Below, one piece after another: positions 39,061 to 48,355 of a stretch of 64,000 bases of DNA (positions within the stretch are counted from its first letter, which is position 1; each line of letters opens with the position of its first letter). The translations under genes were made by a program, and so were the position numbers. The notes beneath the pieces are model-generated. The model ran no database searches, was not told where the DNA came from, and saw only the letters and a program-made list of their open reading frames with translations. The stretch is from Patescibacteria group bacterium (GTDB lineage: Bacteria; Patescibacteriota; Patescibacteriia; JAXHNJ01): the NCBI GenBank assembly GCA_034520665.1, contig JAXHNJ010000002.1, positions 62,230 through 126,229 on the forward strand. Reading direction: 5' to 3'.

Positions 39061-40581
39061 CTATTTCCCAATTAGCGCGGGTAGATTGTGAATAGTCTCA
39101 CACCAGTAACAAATCGCTTTTTCGTCTCTGACCAAGAAACGGGTTTCGGCTTCCCCGTCATGGTTGGTGATACAATCACCGTTGTGACACTGGCAAAGAC
39201 CACAAATACCCTTGGCTGGTGCAAACTTCATTTTGGTCAGTATACCATCACCTCGAATATGATTGATGGTTGCATCAGGCGCTAACAAAGTAATCAAAGC
39301 ACCGGCTTCGTTTGAAATGAAATCACCGTGTACAACGATAATGTCCTTCTTACATCTCCGACCAGGAGAATCTACAAAGTCAGAAACCGGTACAGTCTGT
39401 TCCGAATTTACCCAGCCCGCTTTGCGAAGCAACGCCTTAATCATGTCACCAGCTCCGGCCGGTAAGTGGTCAATGACTGTTCCCCTTTCCGGACTACCTA
39501 TTGTCATTGTTCCGGGTTTTGTTCGGGCCGGCTTGTTCTCTTCGGAAAGAATTTCGACTTCGCCTCTGGAAAAACCTTGCACCGGCTTATGCTGAGTGGC
39601 CGCGATCCAGATTTCGTTCATCCTTTCTGGAATCCCGAGCCAGGCCTGCGCACTCATAACTAATCTGGGATCACGCCTGATCTCATCACTGATCTCCCCT
39701 CTTCTGGGGCCGGGGTGCATAATAATACAACCCTTTTTTGCCCGTTCAAGAAAAGCAAGATTAGTAATATAGACGCGCTGGATGCGATCGAAATCAGTTG
39801 GAACAGCAATTCTTTTCTGCTGAACACGGGTAAGATAGATAACATCGCAATCCAAAAGAAGTTCAAGATTACCTTCTTCTTCCCCCACAATATTTAGACC
39901 ATCCCGATAAGGCGACTCCAGTTCAAGACCGCCGAAGGGCACGAGGCTTACTTCCGGCTCAAAGGGTTTCAAAACACTCAGAATAGAATGAACCGTTCGG
40001 CCATACTTTAAGTCGCCGCCGATGCCGATTTTCATTCCTTTTTTGAGCTTACCGGAAATATCCAGAGTCAGAAGATCTAGGCGCCCCTGAGTCGGATGGC
40101 GATGCTTACCGTCACCAGCGTTGATCACTGAGATTTGATAGCCCATAGACTGTAGTTTTTCGGCCAGGAATTTCGGCTCGCCTTCTACCGAGGTTCGAAG
40201 GATATAAATCCCGGCTCCCTGAATCATATGCTGTTCTGCGTCATCCAACGGGCTTTCACCTTTACCGCCTCTCGAAGTCGCTGCCATGTGAATAACTACC
40301 GGATCTAAACCGAGATTTTTGGCCGCTCTGCGAAAAGAACCGGCGGTTCTGGTTGATTCTTCCAGAATTTGAATGATCACATTGGTCGGCGGTGTATTAC
40401 GAGTTATATTCCCGCTTACCAAGGCGCTGTCTTCAAACATCTTGATAGCCGGAGGAAAAGCTCCTCGATTAATCTTTCGATAGGCTTCAACAGCCACCGG
40501 CACCATGCTTCTGGCCCCCTCAAGAATCTCCTGTACCTCTTCCATGGTATAGTCAGGTTTTCCCAGAATACTTGTTGTCAT
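39061..40581 (-). CDS. pyrB: Aspartate carbamoyltransferase catalytic + regulatory chain fusion
   Basis: STRT, NAGDG..HPTQ, GDLKYGRTVHS, MHPGPR, then PyrI motifs GTVIDH, ATIN, C.N..CITN, CYWCE. Confidence 0.85.
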   Translation of the reverse strand: MTTSILGKPDYTMEEVQEILEGARSMVPVAVEAYRKINRGAFPPAIKMFEDSALVSGNITRNTPPTNVIIQILEESTRTAGSFRRAAKNLGLDPVVIHMAATSRGGKGESPLDDAEQHMIQGAGIYILRTSVEGEPKFLAEKLQSMGYQISVINAGDGKHRHPTQGRLDLLTLDISGKLKKGMKIGIGGDLKYGRTVHSILSVLKPFEPEVSLVPFGGLELESPYRDGLNIVGEEEGNLELLLDCDVIYLTRVQQKRIAVPTDFDRIQRVYITNLAFLERAKKGCIIMHPGPRRGEISDEIRRDPRLVMSAQAWLGIPERMNEIWIAATQHKPVQGFSRGEVEILSEENKPARTKPGTMTIGSPERGTVIDHLPAGAGDMIKALLRKAGWVNSEQTVPVSDFVDSPGRRCKKDIIVVHGDFISNEAGALITLLAPDATINHIRGDGILTKMKFAPAKGICGLCQCHNGDCITNHDGEAETRFLVRDEKAICYWCETIHNLPALIGK

Positions 40582-40838
40582 CTCCGAACCTCCTTCTTTT
40601 GCTACAGAAACTAATTAATTTTTAAAGAACGAATTTATAAAAAAATAGCCCCGATAACGGAGCTAAAAACTTAAAAAAATAGGAGGCTTACCTCCCAATT
40701 TGTTTTCTTTAATTTAGTTTTTTTATTAAAAAACTTTTTCATTCTAGTCGGTAGCCTACCCTTATCGGCTTTTTCTGTCAAGTTTGAAGTTTTCCACAAC
40801 AAAAAAGTTCAGCTAAAAACTGCTTAGTGTAAATACTA

Positions 40839-42332
40839 TTATTTTAACTTATGGATTAAAAGCTGCCTGACTACTTTATGATCAGCCTGCCCTTTAGTTT
40901 TTTTCATTACCTGCCCCAAAAGAAACTTTAAAGCCGCTTCTTTACCGTTTAAATATTCCTGGACAGCTGATTGATTTTCTTCAATAACTTCATCAATAAC
41001 CGAAGATAATTTATCTTCGTCTTCTATAGTACCAAGATTTTTCTCTTCAATAATATTAGAAGGATCACCGCCGGTTTTAAACATCTCTTCCAATACTTTA
41101 TTTGCTCCGTGTTTATTAACTCTCTGGTTATAAACAATTTTAATAAATTCAGCAAAGTTTTCCGGAGTTATTTTTAAATCTTTAACTTTTACATTACTCT
41201 CATGCATTAAAGCTAATAGACGATTAATCAGCCAGTTAGCTACTAAGTGACTGAATTTTTCTTTATTCTGCTCCCACTGATAAAGCCCTTCATCAGTGGA
41301 AGACTCAGCTTGCAGCCAGTTTTTTAGCTCTGTGATAATGCATTCGGTATAGCCAGCTAAATCCAAATCACTAACAATTATTTTGATATCTTTATCTTTA
41401 AAAAAGAATTTTTCTGAAAATCTCTTTCTTTTGTCTGTTGGCATCTCCGGCATTTTACTTTTTATTTTATTTAAATACTTATCAGTAAATTCCAAGGGTG
41501 GTAAATCCGGTTCCGGGAAATAGCGGTAATCATGGACTGCTTCTTTTATTCTCTGTAAGATAGTGACTTGTTTTTTATCATCCCAGCCGCGCGTTGATTG
41601 ATTTTTAGGGGCTTTTTTTTCATCCCAAAGACTGGTTTGTCTTTTAATTTCATAACTCAAAGCTTTTTCTACTGATTTAAAAGAATTAAGATTTTTTATT
41701 TCTGTTTTTGGGTAAAGTTTTTTATCGCCCTCAAAACGTAAAGATATATTAGCATCACAGCGCATATGCCCTTTTTCCATATCGGCGTCTGAAACCCCTA
41801 GGTATCGCATAATTAGCCTTAACTCTTGTAAAAATATTCTGGCCTCTTCAGGTGATTTTATATCCGGTTCAGTCACAATTTCCATTAAAGGACTGCCAGC
41901 CCGGTTAAAATCAACTAAAGTTTTTTCTTTTTGGTGAATTAACTTGCCAGTGTCCTCCTCTAAATGCAGTCTTTCCAGTCTGATTTTTCTTTTCTCACCC
42001 CTTAATTTAATCTGTAAAAAACCCCCTTTGCCAATCGGCTCGGAGTACTGTGAAATTTGGTAGCCTTTAGGCAGGTCCGGATAAAAATAACTTTTCCGGT
42101 CAAAATGGCTTTTTTCTGATATTTGGCCCTGTAAAGCCAGAGCTGACATAACCGCCCAATCAACCGCTTTTTGATTGATAACCGGTAAAGTGCCGGGCTG
42201 ACCGGTGCAAATAGGACAAATGGTGGTGTTTGGTTTTTTATCTTCCCCGGCGTTATCACACGAACAAAACATCTTAGACTGGGTGCTAAGCTGAACATGT
42301 ATTTCTAAACCGATAATGGCCTGGTATTTCAT
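40839..42332 (-). CDS. gatB: Asp/Glu-tRNA amidotransferase subunit B
   Basis: IGLEIHVQL, YFYPDLPKGYQISQ, RCDANIS, DYRYFPEPDL. Confidence 0.98.
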   Translation of the reverse strand: MKYQAIIGLEIHVQLSTQSKMFCSCDNAGEDKKPNTTICPICTGQPGTLPVINQKAVDWAVMSALALQGQISEKSHFDRKSYFYPDLPKGYQISQYSEPIGKGGFLQIKLRGEKRKIRLERLHLEEDTGKLIHQKEKTLVDFNRAGSPLMEIVTEPDIKSPEEARIFLQELRLIMRYLGVSDADMEKGHMRCDANISLRFEGDKKLYPKTEIKNLNSFKSVEKALSYEIKRQTSLWDEKKAPKNQSTRGWDDKKQVTILQRIKEAVHDYRYFPEPDLPPLEFTDKYLNKIKSKMPEMPTDKRKRFSEKFFFKDKDIKIIVSDLDLAGYTECIITELKNWLQAESSTDEGLYQWEQNKEKFSHLVANWLINRLLALMHESNVKVKDLKITPENFAEFIKIVYNQRVNKHGANKVLEEMFKTGGDPSNIIEEKNLGTIEDEDKLSSVIDEVIEENQSAVQEYLNGKEAALKFLLGQVMKKTKGQADHKVVRQLLIHKLK

Positions 42333-42337
42333 ATTTA

Positions 42338-42994
42338 TTAAATAATTTTTTTAATCTCCTGCCAAACATTCTGATGAATTACTTCCGGCGGCATTAATTT
42401 ACCTTTTTCAACACACTTAATTTTTTTCCAATTCCTAAATTTATTCGTTAAATTTATACATTGCTTATAAGCCTGCTTCTGATGTTCGTCATCGGTCTCA
42501 TGCATATCTCTTTTACCCCTTGAAATCATTAGCCTCTTAGTAATTTTGGGCGGCGTATCAAGAAAAATTATAAGGTCAGGTTTTGGAATATCTAATATTT
42601 GAAATTCCATTTTATTAAGCCATTTATAAAATTTCTCTTTATCAGCCTTATTTTTAATTTTTATCGCCTGGTGAATCTTATTGGCCGGAGAATAACGGTC
42701 AGAAATAACAATCTTTCCTTCCTCTAAATGCTTTTTTATTTCTTTTTTAGCTTCAAACCGATCTAAGGCATAAAGTAGAGAAATCAGATGTGGATCAGTA
42801 TTATTCGTCTGACCAAAATCACCTTTTAAGTATCGTCTGATCATTTTGCCAAAAAAAGATTTTTCATACTGAGGAAAATCAGTCAAATAGATCCTTTTTT
42901 TTATTTTCTGCAAATGTTCAAGTAACTTCTTTATTTGCGTTGATTTGCCTGAACCGTCAATGCCGTCAACTATAATTAATTTTCCCTTTTTCAT
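42338..42994 (-). CDS. tmk: Thymidylate kinase
   Basis: DGIDGSGKSTQ, DRY, PKPDLIIFLD. Confidence 0.93.
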   Translation of the reverse strand: MKKGKLIIVDGIDGSGKSTQIKKLLEHLQKIKKRIYLTDFPQYEKSFFGKMIRRYLKGDFGQTNNTDPHLISLLYALDRFEAKKEIKKHLEEGKIVISDRYSPANKIHQAIKIKNKADKEKFYKWLNKMEFQILDIPKPDLIIFLDTPPKITKRLMISRGKRDMHETDDEHQKQAYKQCINLTNKFRNWKKIKCVEKGKLMPPEVIHQNVWQEIKKII

Positions 42995-43061
42995 AAATTT
43001 ATTTTACCACAAAAATTAGCAAAAAAAAAGCCCCGTTATTAAAACGTGGCTTTTAAGAACA

Positions 43062-43901
43062 TTACTTATAACCCTCAAAATATTTGGCTCTACTGGGATG
43101 TCTAAGGCGAGAAATTGCTTTTACTTTTATCTGCCTTATTCTTTCTTCTGTTAATCCAATTTTTATTCCAATTTCTTTAAGAGTTAAAGGTTTATTACCA
43201 TTAAAGCCAAAATAAAATTTTAGTACAAATTTTTCATTATCTGTTAAAGAATCAATCGCTTTATCAATATATTCTGATAAAACCCTACGATAAGTCATTT
43301 CGTCAGGTGGTAAATTTTTTTTATCTACAATATAATTAATGAGAGGCTCATCTTCATCATCTAATAAAAAATTTAAAGAAAAGGATTTTTTATTCCTTAT
43401 TAATTTAGCAACTTTTTCTGTGGAAAGTTCAAGCCTTTCAGCAATTTCATCAATTTCAGGTATTCGATCAAGTTCTTGACTAAGTTCTCGAGAAAGTTTC
43501 TTGATTTTAAAAATATCATTAACTATATTGGCTGGTAAACGGATCATACGAGATTTATCACGAAGACTCATGATTATATTTCCTTTAATATAAAAATAAG
43601 AAAAGGAAGTAAATTTATAACCAAGCCTTTCATCAAATTTTCTAGCTGCTTCAATTAAACCTAAATTACCTTCACTAATAAGATCGGCTAAATCAACCCC
43701 ATAATTTGTGTAACTTTTGGCAATTTTAACAACCCAACGTAAATTACTCTTTATCAACTTATCAAAGGCATAAGTAGATCCCTCTCTCTTTTTTTTGGTA
43801 ACTATTTTTTCTTCTTTAGGTGTAAGAAGCGAAAATTTCCTTATTTCAATTAAATAGCGATCCAAGGAAGGGCTATTACAATTAATTTCTTTAATGGGCA
43901 T
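43062..43901 (-). CDS. Sigma70-family factor, diverged paralog 3
   Basis: SNLRWVVKIAK, DLISEGNLGL, region 4 TLKEIG..IGLTEERIRQI. Confidence 0.9.
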   Translation of the reverse strand: MPIKEINCNSPSLDRYLIEIRKFSLLTPKEEKIVTKKKREGSTYAFDKLIKSNLRWVVKIAKSYTNYGVDLADLISEGNLGLIEAARKFDERLGYKFTSFSYFYIKGNIIMSLRDKSRMIRLPANIVNDIFKIKKLSRELSQELDRIPEIDEIAERLELSTEKVAKLIRNKKSFSLNFLLDDEDEPLINYIVDKKNLPPDEMTYRRVLSEYIDKAIDSLTDNEKFVLKFYFGFNGNKPLTLKEIGIKIGLTEERIRQIKVKAISRLRHPSRAKYFEGYK

Positions 43902-44034
43902 TTTTCCTCCTAATTTTATTTTAAATGAGCAATTTAAATTATTTTACAAAAATAAGCGAAATTGTCAAGGACTTTAAAAAAATAAGTAGCTCTACTTAAT
44001 TAGTAGAACTACTTCTTGATAATTTTATAAAATA

Positions 44035-44868
44035 CTACTTATAATCATTTAGAGATTCTTTTTTAGAATTACATCTTATTTTCCTAATTGCTGTTTCTTT
44101 TATCTGCCTTATTCTCTCACGAGTAAGGCCAAATTTTCTTCCAATTTCTTTAAGAGTTAGAGGTTCGTTACCATTAAAGCCAAAATAAAGAATAAAAATT
44201 TCTTTCTCTCTTTTGCTTAACGTATCTAGAATTTTTTCAAGATCGTTAAATAAGGAATTCCTATATAACTCTTTATCAGAAGGATCTCCATTTTCATCAA
44301 CCATTAAACTAATCCAATCAGATTTTTCACCCACGCCATTTTTATTAGCTGAGGCATTTAGAGAAAGATGGGAGTTAGCAATTTTCATAGTTTTTCTAAT
44401 TTCTTCAATGGGAAGATCAAGTTTTTCCGCAATTTCATCAGCATCTGGTTCTCGCCCTAATTCCTGATTTAGCTGTCGTGATACCTTACTAATTTGATAA
44501 AGCGTGTTTGCTCGATTAAGAGGTAAGCGAACTATACGAGATTGTTCAGCTAATGCTTGTAATATAACTTGACGTATCCACCAAACAGCATAAGAAATAA
44601 ATTTGTAGCCACGTGTTTCATCAAAATGTTCAGCTGCTTTAATCAAGCCTATATTACCTTCACCAATAAGATCACCTAGTAAAAGCCCTTGATTTACATA
44701 TCTTTTAGCAATTGAAACTACAAAACGTAAATTAGCCTTTACAAGTTTATCTAAGGCCTCCTTATCTCCTTCATGAATTTTTTTTGCTAATTCAGCTTCC
44801 TCACTTTTATCTAAAATTCTATACTTATCAATTTCTTCCAAATAAGTCTTAAGACTTCCTTTAAACAT
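44035..44868 (-). CDS. Sigma70-family factor, paralog 2
   Basis: ATG at 44868 after AAGGAG; ANLRFVVSIAK, YAVWWIRQ, TRERIRQI. Confidence 0.92.
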   Translation of the reverse strand: MFKGSLKTYLEEIDKYRILDKSEEAELAKKIHEGDKEALDKLVKANLRFVVSIAKRYVNQGLLLGDLIGEGNIGLIKAAEHFDETRGYKFISYAVWWIRQVILQALAEQSRIVRLPLNRANTLYQISKVSRQLNQELGREPDADEIAEKLDLPIEEIRKTMKIANSHLSLNASANKNGVGEKSDWISLMVDENGDPSDKELYRNSLFNDLEKILDTLSKREKEIFILYFGFNGNEPLTLKEIGRKFGLTRERIRQIKETAIRKIRCNSKKESLNDYK

Positions 44869-45012
44869 TTTTTCTCCTTTTTTTGTATTTTTAGAAATAT
44901 TCCAAAAATTAATCAAGATATAAGGAACTTAACAGTATAAACTTACATTATAACAAAAATATGTCAAGTCTTATAAAAAACCCCCGTTTTTAATAAACAG
45001 GGGCTATAAATA

Positions 45013-45870
45013 TCAATTTATATCCTCTAAATAAGGTCTAAGAAATTCCTTACGAGTAGCCTGTCTTAGACGCAAAATAGCTTTTTCTTTAATCTGCCGG
45101 ATACGTTCGCGGGTTAGATCCATCTTTCGTCCAATTTCTTCCAGAGTCAAAGGTTCTTGCCCACCTAGACCAAAATACATGATAATGATGGCTTTTTCTC
45201 TTTCTTTTAGAGTTTTTAAAACTTTTTCCATATCTTTGGAAAGAGAATTTCTGTAAGTTTTTTTGTCTGGTAAAGGCGTATTTTCATCTTCCAGTAACTC
45301 ACTCAAATTGTTCTCTTCTGAATCGTTGTTGTAAGAAGCATCAAAAGAAAGATGACTATTGGCAATTTTCTGAGTCTCTCTAACTTCATCAACTGAAATA
45401 CCCAGTTTTTCCGCTATTTCATCGGCCTCTGGCTTTCTTTGCAATTCCTGATCCAGCTGGCGGGAAATTTTCCCAATCTGATAAACTTTACCCGCCCGAT
45501 TTAAAGGCAAGCGTACAATACGAGACTGTTCCGCTAAGGCTTGCAGTATGGCCTGTCTGATCCACCAAACAGCATAGGAAATAAACTTAAAACCGCGTTT
45601 TTCATCAAAGCGTCCGGCCGCTTTAATTAATCCAATATTTCCTTCATTAATCAGATCTGCCAGAGAAAGTCCCTGGTTAACATAATTCTTAGCCACACTA
45701 ATGACAAAACGAAGGTTAGCTTTAATGAACTTATGAAAAGCTTCTTCATCTCCTTTCCTTATCTTTTTGGCTAATTCTTTTTCCTCTTCCCGCTTAATAA
45801 GAGGAATGTCATTAATCTCCTTCAGATAGATATCCAAGCTTCTAGAGCCCGACCATTTTTTAGAAGACAT
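45013..45870 (-). CDS. Sigma70-family factor (short RpoD-like, no region 1.1), paralog 1
   Basis: ATG at 45870 after AGGAGGAG; SLDIYLKEI, FKFISYAVWWIRQAILQALAEQSRIVRLPLNRAG, TLEEIG..LTRERIRQIKEKA. Confidence 0.93.
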   Translation of the reverse strand: MSSKKWSGSRSLDIYLKEINDIPLIKREEEKELAKKIRKGDEEAFHKFIKANLRFVISVAKNYVNQGLSLADLINEGNIGLIKAAGRFDEKRGFKFISYAVWWIRQAILQALAEQSRIVRLPLNRAGKVYQIGKISRQLDQELQRKPEADEIAEKLGISVDEVRETQKIANSHLSFDASYNNDSEENNLSELLEDENTPLPDKKTYRNSLSKDMEKVLKTLKEREKAIIIMYFGLGGQEPLTLEEIGRKMDLTRERIRQIKEKAILRLRQATRKEFLRPYLEDIN

Positions 45871-45996
45871 GTCTCCTCCTTTCACGGTGGGGTTTAAAGA
45901 GCTAGGTCCTTATTTAAGACCTTATATTTTAAAACTACAATATAATCATAAAAAAAGTCAAGCCAAAAATTAATGACCTGAATTTTTAGAAAAAAT

Positions 45997-47373
45997 CTAT
46001 TTTTTAAACTGTATATATTTTACTAAAAGCGGATGTTTATTTTTAATTAAATCATACATCTGGTTAGCTATTTGCTGAATAGTAAAATGGGCGTTAGGAG
46101 CGCTTCTGAGCTTTATAAAATGATAAAGAGTGCGCAAATTTAAAGTAATAAAAACCCGGCGCTTGTGAGCATTCAAAGCAAAATAACTAGCCTCAGCTAT
46201 AAAATCTTCTTTTAAGTTATTATAAGCTTCTTCAGATTTTTCTATAGAGTCAAGAAATCTTTTATTCAATTTCTTATTTTCCTTAATTATCGGAGGAGTA
46301 ACATAGCCATTATTTATAGTTAAATCCTGGACAGTCTGAGTGCATATGCGGTGCCGCTTAAATTCATAATAAGCCCCTTCATCCATCAGACAATCAAAAT
46401 TATAATAAACATGCTCTAACTCACGCAGGGGTATATCATGATTGCCTAGACGTTTTAAACTTTCTTCAATAACTTTATTCTTTTCTTTTTCAGACATAGC
46501 TTTAACTTTTTCCTGGGTTTCTAAAAAAGACTGCTCACAATATCTATACAAAAGAGCACTAACTAAAAACTCTTCCGCATTTTCCTGATAATCTACTAAA
46601 ACAACTTCTGAGGCATCATCACTTTTGTTGGAACAGTGTTTTTGACTTAATTTTCTTAAAGTCTTTTCAGTTTCCATCATATAAATATTGGGCTGGGCGT
46701 ATTTAACCAAAGTGGGTAAAGCTCCTTCACTGACCCTTTTTATATCTTTACCCAAATTTTGTACCTCTTCTAAGGGATGAGAAAGCATCTTGGAAATAGC
46801 GTGTTCCAGACAACGGGCATTCATAGTCATACCCACATTAGCCAGCATAGCTACCGGCATAATAAAACGGGCACTGTCTAAAGCCACCGGGCGCAATCTT
46901 CTTTCAAATTTCTCATCTGTTTCATCAATGGTTTTTTTATTTTGTTTTTTTAAATGCTCTAAAACCTCTTTATAAAGAGAAAGGTAATTTTTTATAAGAA
47001 ATTTCATTGATTCTTTATAGTAGTCCCCCAGCTTAGAATTAGCCATATTATCAGGAAAATAAAAATCATCAGAATTAAAAATCTGATAACGTGAAGATTT
47101 TTCCGTATAAGAAGCCAGGCGGTTATTTTCTAAAACCTCGCCGGCTAAACGAGAAATATTTTCGACCGCAATATTTAAAACCGCGTGCTCAGCTACTGAA
47201 GAATGACCGTAACCGACCACCCATTTTTCATGAAACTCAGCTGATTTTTCTTCAGTCATATCATCAGCAATTTCATCAAACTTTTTCGGTGATCTTGAGC
47301 AACGGGCAAAAGTAACCGCTTTTACCTCCGGCGGCAAATCCCTTAAAGTATAAACTCTTCTTTGATTAGACAT
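45997..47373 (-). CDS. thyX: FAD-dependent thymidylate synthase, double-domain form
   Basis: YGHSSVAEH, YTEKSSRY, KRHR, NLR.L.HFIKLR. Confidence 0.9.
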   Translation of the reverse strand: MSNQRRVYTLRDLPPEVKAVTFARCSRSPKKFDEIADDMTEEKSAEFHEKWVVGYGHSSVAEHAVLNIAVENISRLAGEVLENNRLASYTEKSSRYQIFNSDDFYFPDNMANSKLGDYYKESMKFLIKNYLSLYKEVLEHLKKQNKKTIDETDEKFERRLRPVALDSARFIMPVAMLANVGMTMNARCLEHAISKMLSHPLEEVQNLGKDIKRVSEGALPTLVKYAQPNIYMMETEKTLRKLSQKHCSNKSDDASEVVLVDYQENAEEFLVSALLYRYCEQSFLETQEKVKAMSEKEKNKVIEESLKRLGNHDIPLRELEHVYYNFDCLMDEGAYYEFKRHRICTQTVQDLTINNGYVTPPIIKENKKLNKRFLDSIEKSEEAYNNLKEDFIAEASYFALNAHKRRVFITLNLRTLYHFIKLRSAPNAHFTIQQIANQMYDLIKNKHPLLVKYIQFKK

Positions 47374-47379
47374 AATATT

Positions 47380-47799
47380 TTATTTTCCTGAGCTGCCGAA
47401 TCCGCCCTTTCCTCTTTGGCTGTCAGACAGCTTATTGGTTTCTTCTATTTTAACCTTTTCTACTTTTTGAATCAAGGCCTGGGCAATTTTTTGACCCTTA
47501 TTAATTTTAAAATCTTTGTCTGATAAATTCTGTAAAACTATTTTCCATTCCCCACGATAACCAGCGTCAATAACCCCGCCTAAAGTTTTAATTCCTTGAG
47601 ATCCAAATGAGCTTTTGTCCCAGATTAGAGCCACATATCCTTGAGGAATTTCTGTGGCAAAACCCAACTTAAATTGATGACACTGTCCTGACTTTAATAT
47701 AATTTCTTGGGAAGAATATAGATCCAAAGCCGCATCGTGCTCATAAGCATAACTGGGTGGTATTATATTTTCTTTTAATTTTTTAATTTTAAGTTTCAA
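47380..47799 (-). CDS. dut: dUTPase
   Basis: AALDL, KSS, GVIDAGYRGE, RGKGGFGSSG. Confidence 0.96.
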   Translation of the reverse strand: MKLKIKKLKENIIPPSYAYEHDAALDLYSSQEIILKSGQCHQFKLGFATEIPQGYVALIWDKSSFGSQGIKTLGGVIDAGYRGEWKIVLQNLSDKDFKINKGQKIAQALIQKVEKVKIEETNKLSDSQRGKGGFGSSGK

Positions 47800-48355
47800 A
47801 ATTTTCTTTTTTTAATACTTTATCTATTCCCTGATAAAGATTGTCCAAAGAACCCGAATTATCAATATCATAATCAGACATCTGGATAACTTTATTTAGT
47901 TGTTGTTTGGCTGGATCATTGCCCAAGCTTTCTCTTTCTTCCTGTTCTTTAAATTTTTCTAAACTTACCCCACTATCATCTTCTCTTTTTCTTTTTTTTA
48001 TTCTCTGAAAACGTATCTGAACAGGAACTTCAACGTTTATTAAAATAAATTTCGGTAGTTTTTTTAAACTTTTAACTTCACCTGAATTTCTTATACTGCT
48101 AATAATAACTTTATCTAGGTTTTTATTTCTTATTTTCCGAATAGTTTTATCGGCTAAAACCGAAGGACCGTTTTTTTTTCTTAATTCATTGCCAATTTTT
48201 ATCAGATTATCACGTTTTTTTTCCAAGCCTCTCTTTTCACACTCTTCTCTGATAATATCAGACAAAGAATAATAAAAAAATCCTTTTTCTTTTAAATAAT
48301 CAGCGGCTGTATCCTTACCTGAACCTGATTTACCAGTTAAACCAATAGCTATCAT
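47789..48355 (-). CDS. P-loop nucleotide kinase (dephospho-CoA/NMP kinase-like)
   Basis: GLTGKSGSGKDT, SLSDIIRE, SIRNSGEV. Confidence 0.75.
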   Translation of the reverse strand: MIAIGLTGKSGSGKDTAADYLKEKGFFYYSLSDIIREECEKRGLEKKRDNLIKIGNELRKKNGPSVLADKTIRKIRNKNLDKVIISSIRNSGEVKSLKKLPKFILINVEVPVQIRFQRIKKRKREDDSGVSLEKFKEQEERESLGNDPAKQQLNKVIQMSDYDIDNSGSLDNLYQGIDKVLKKENFET

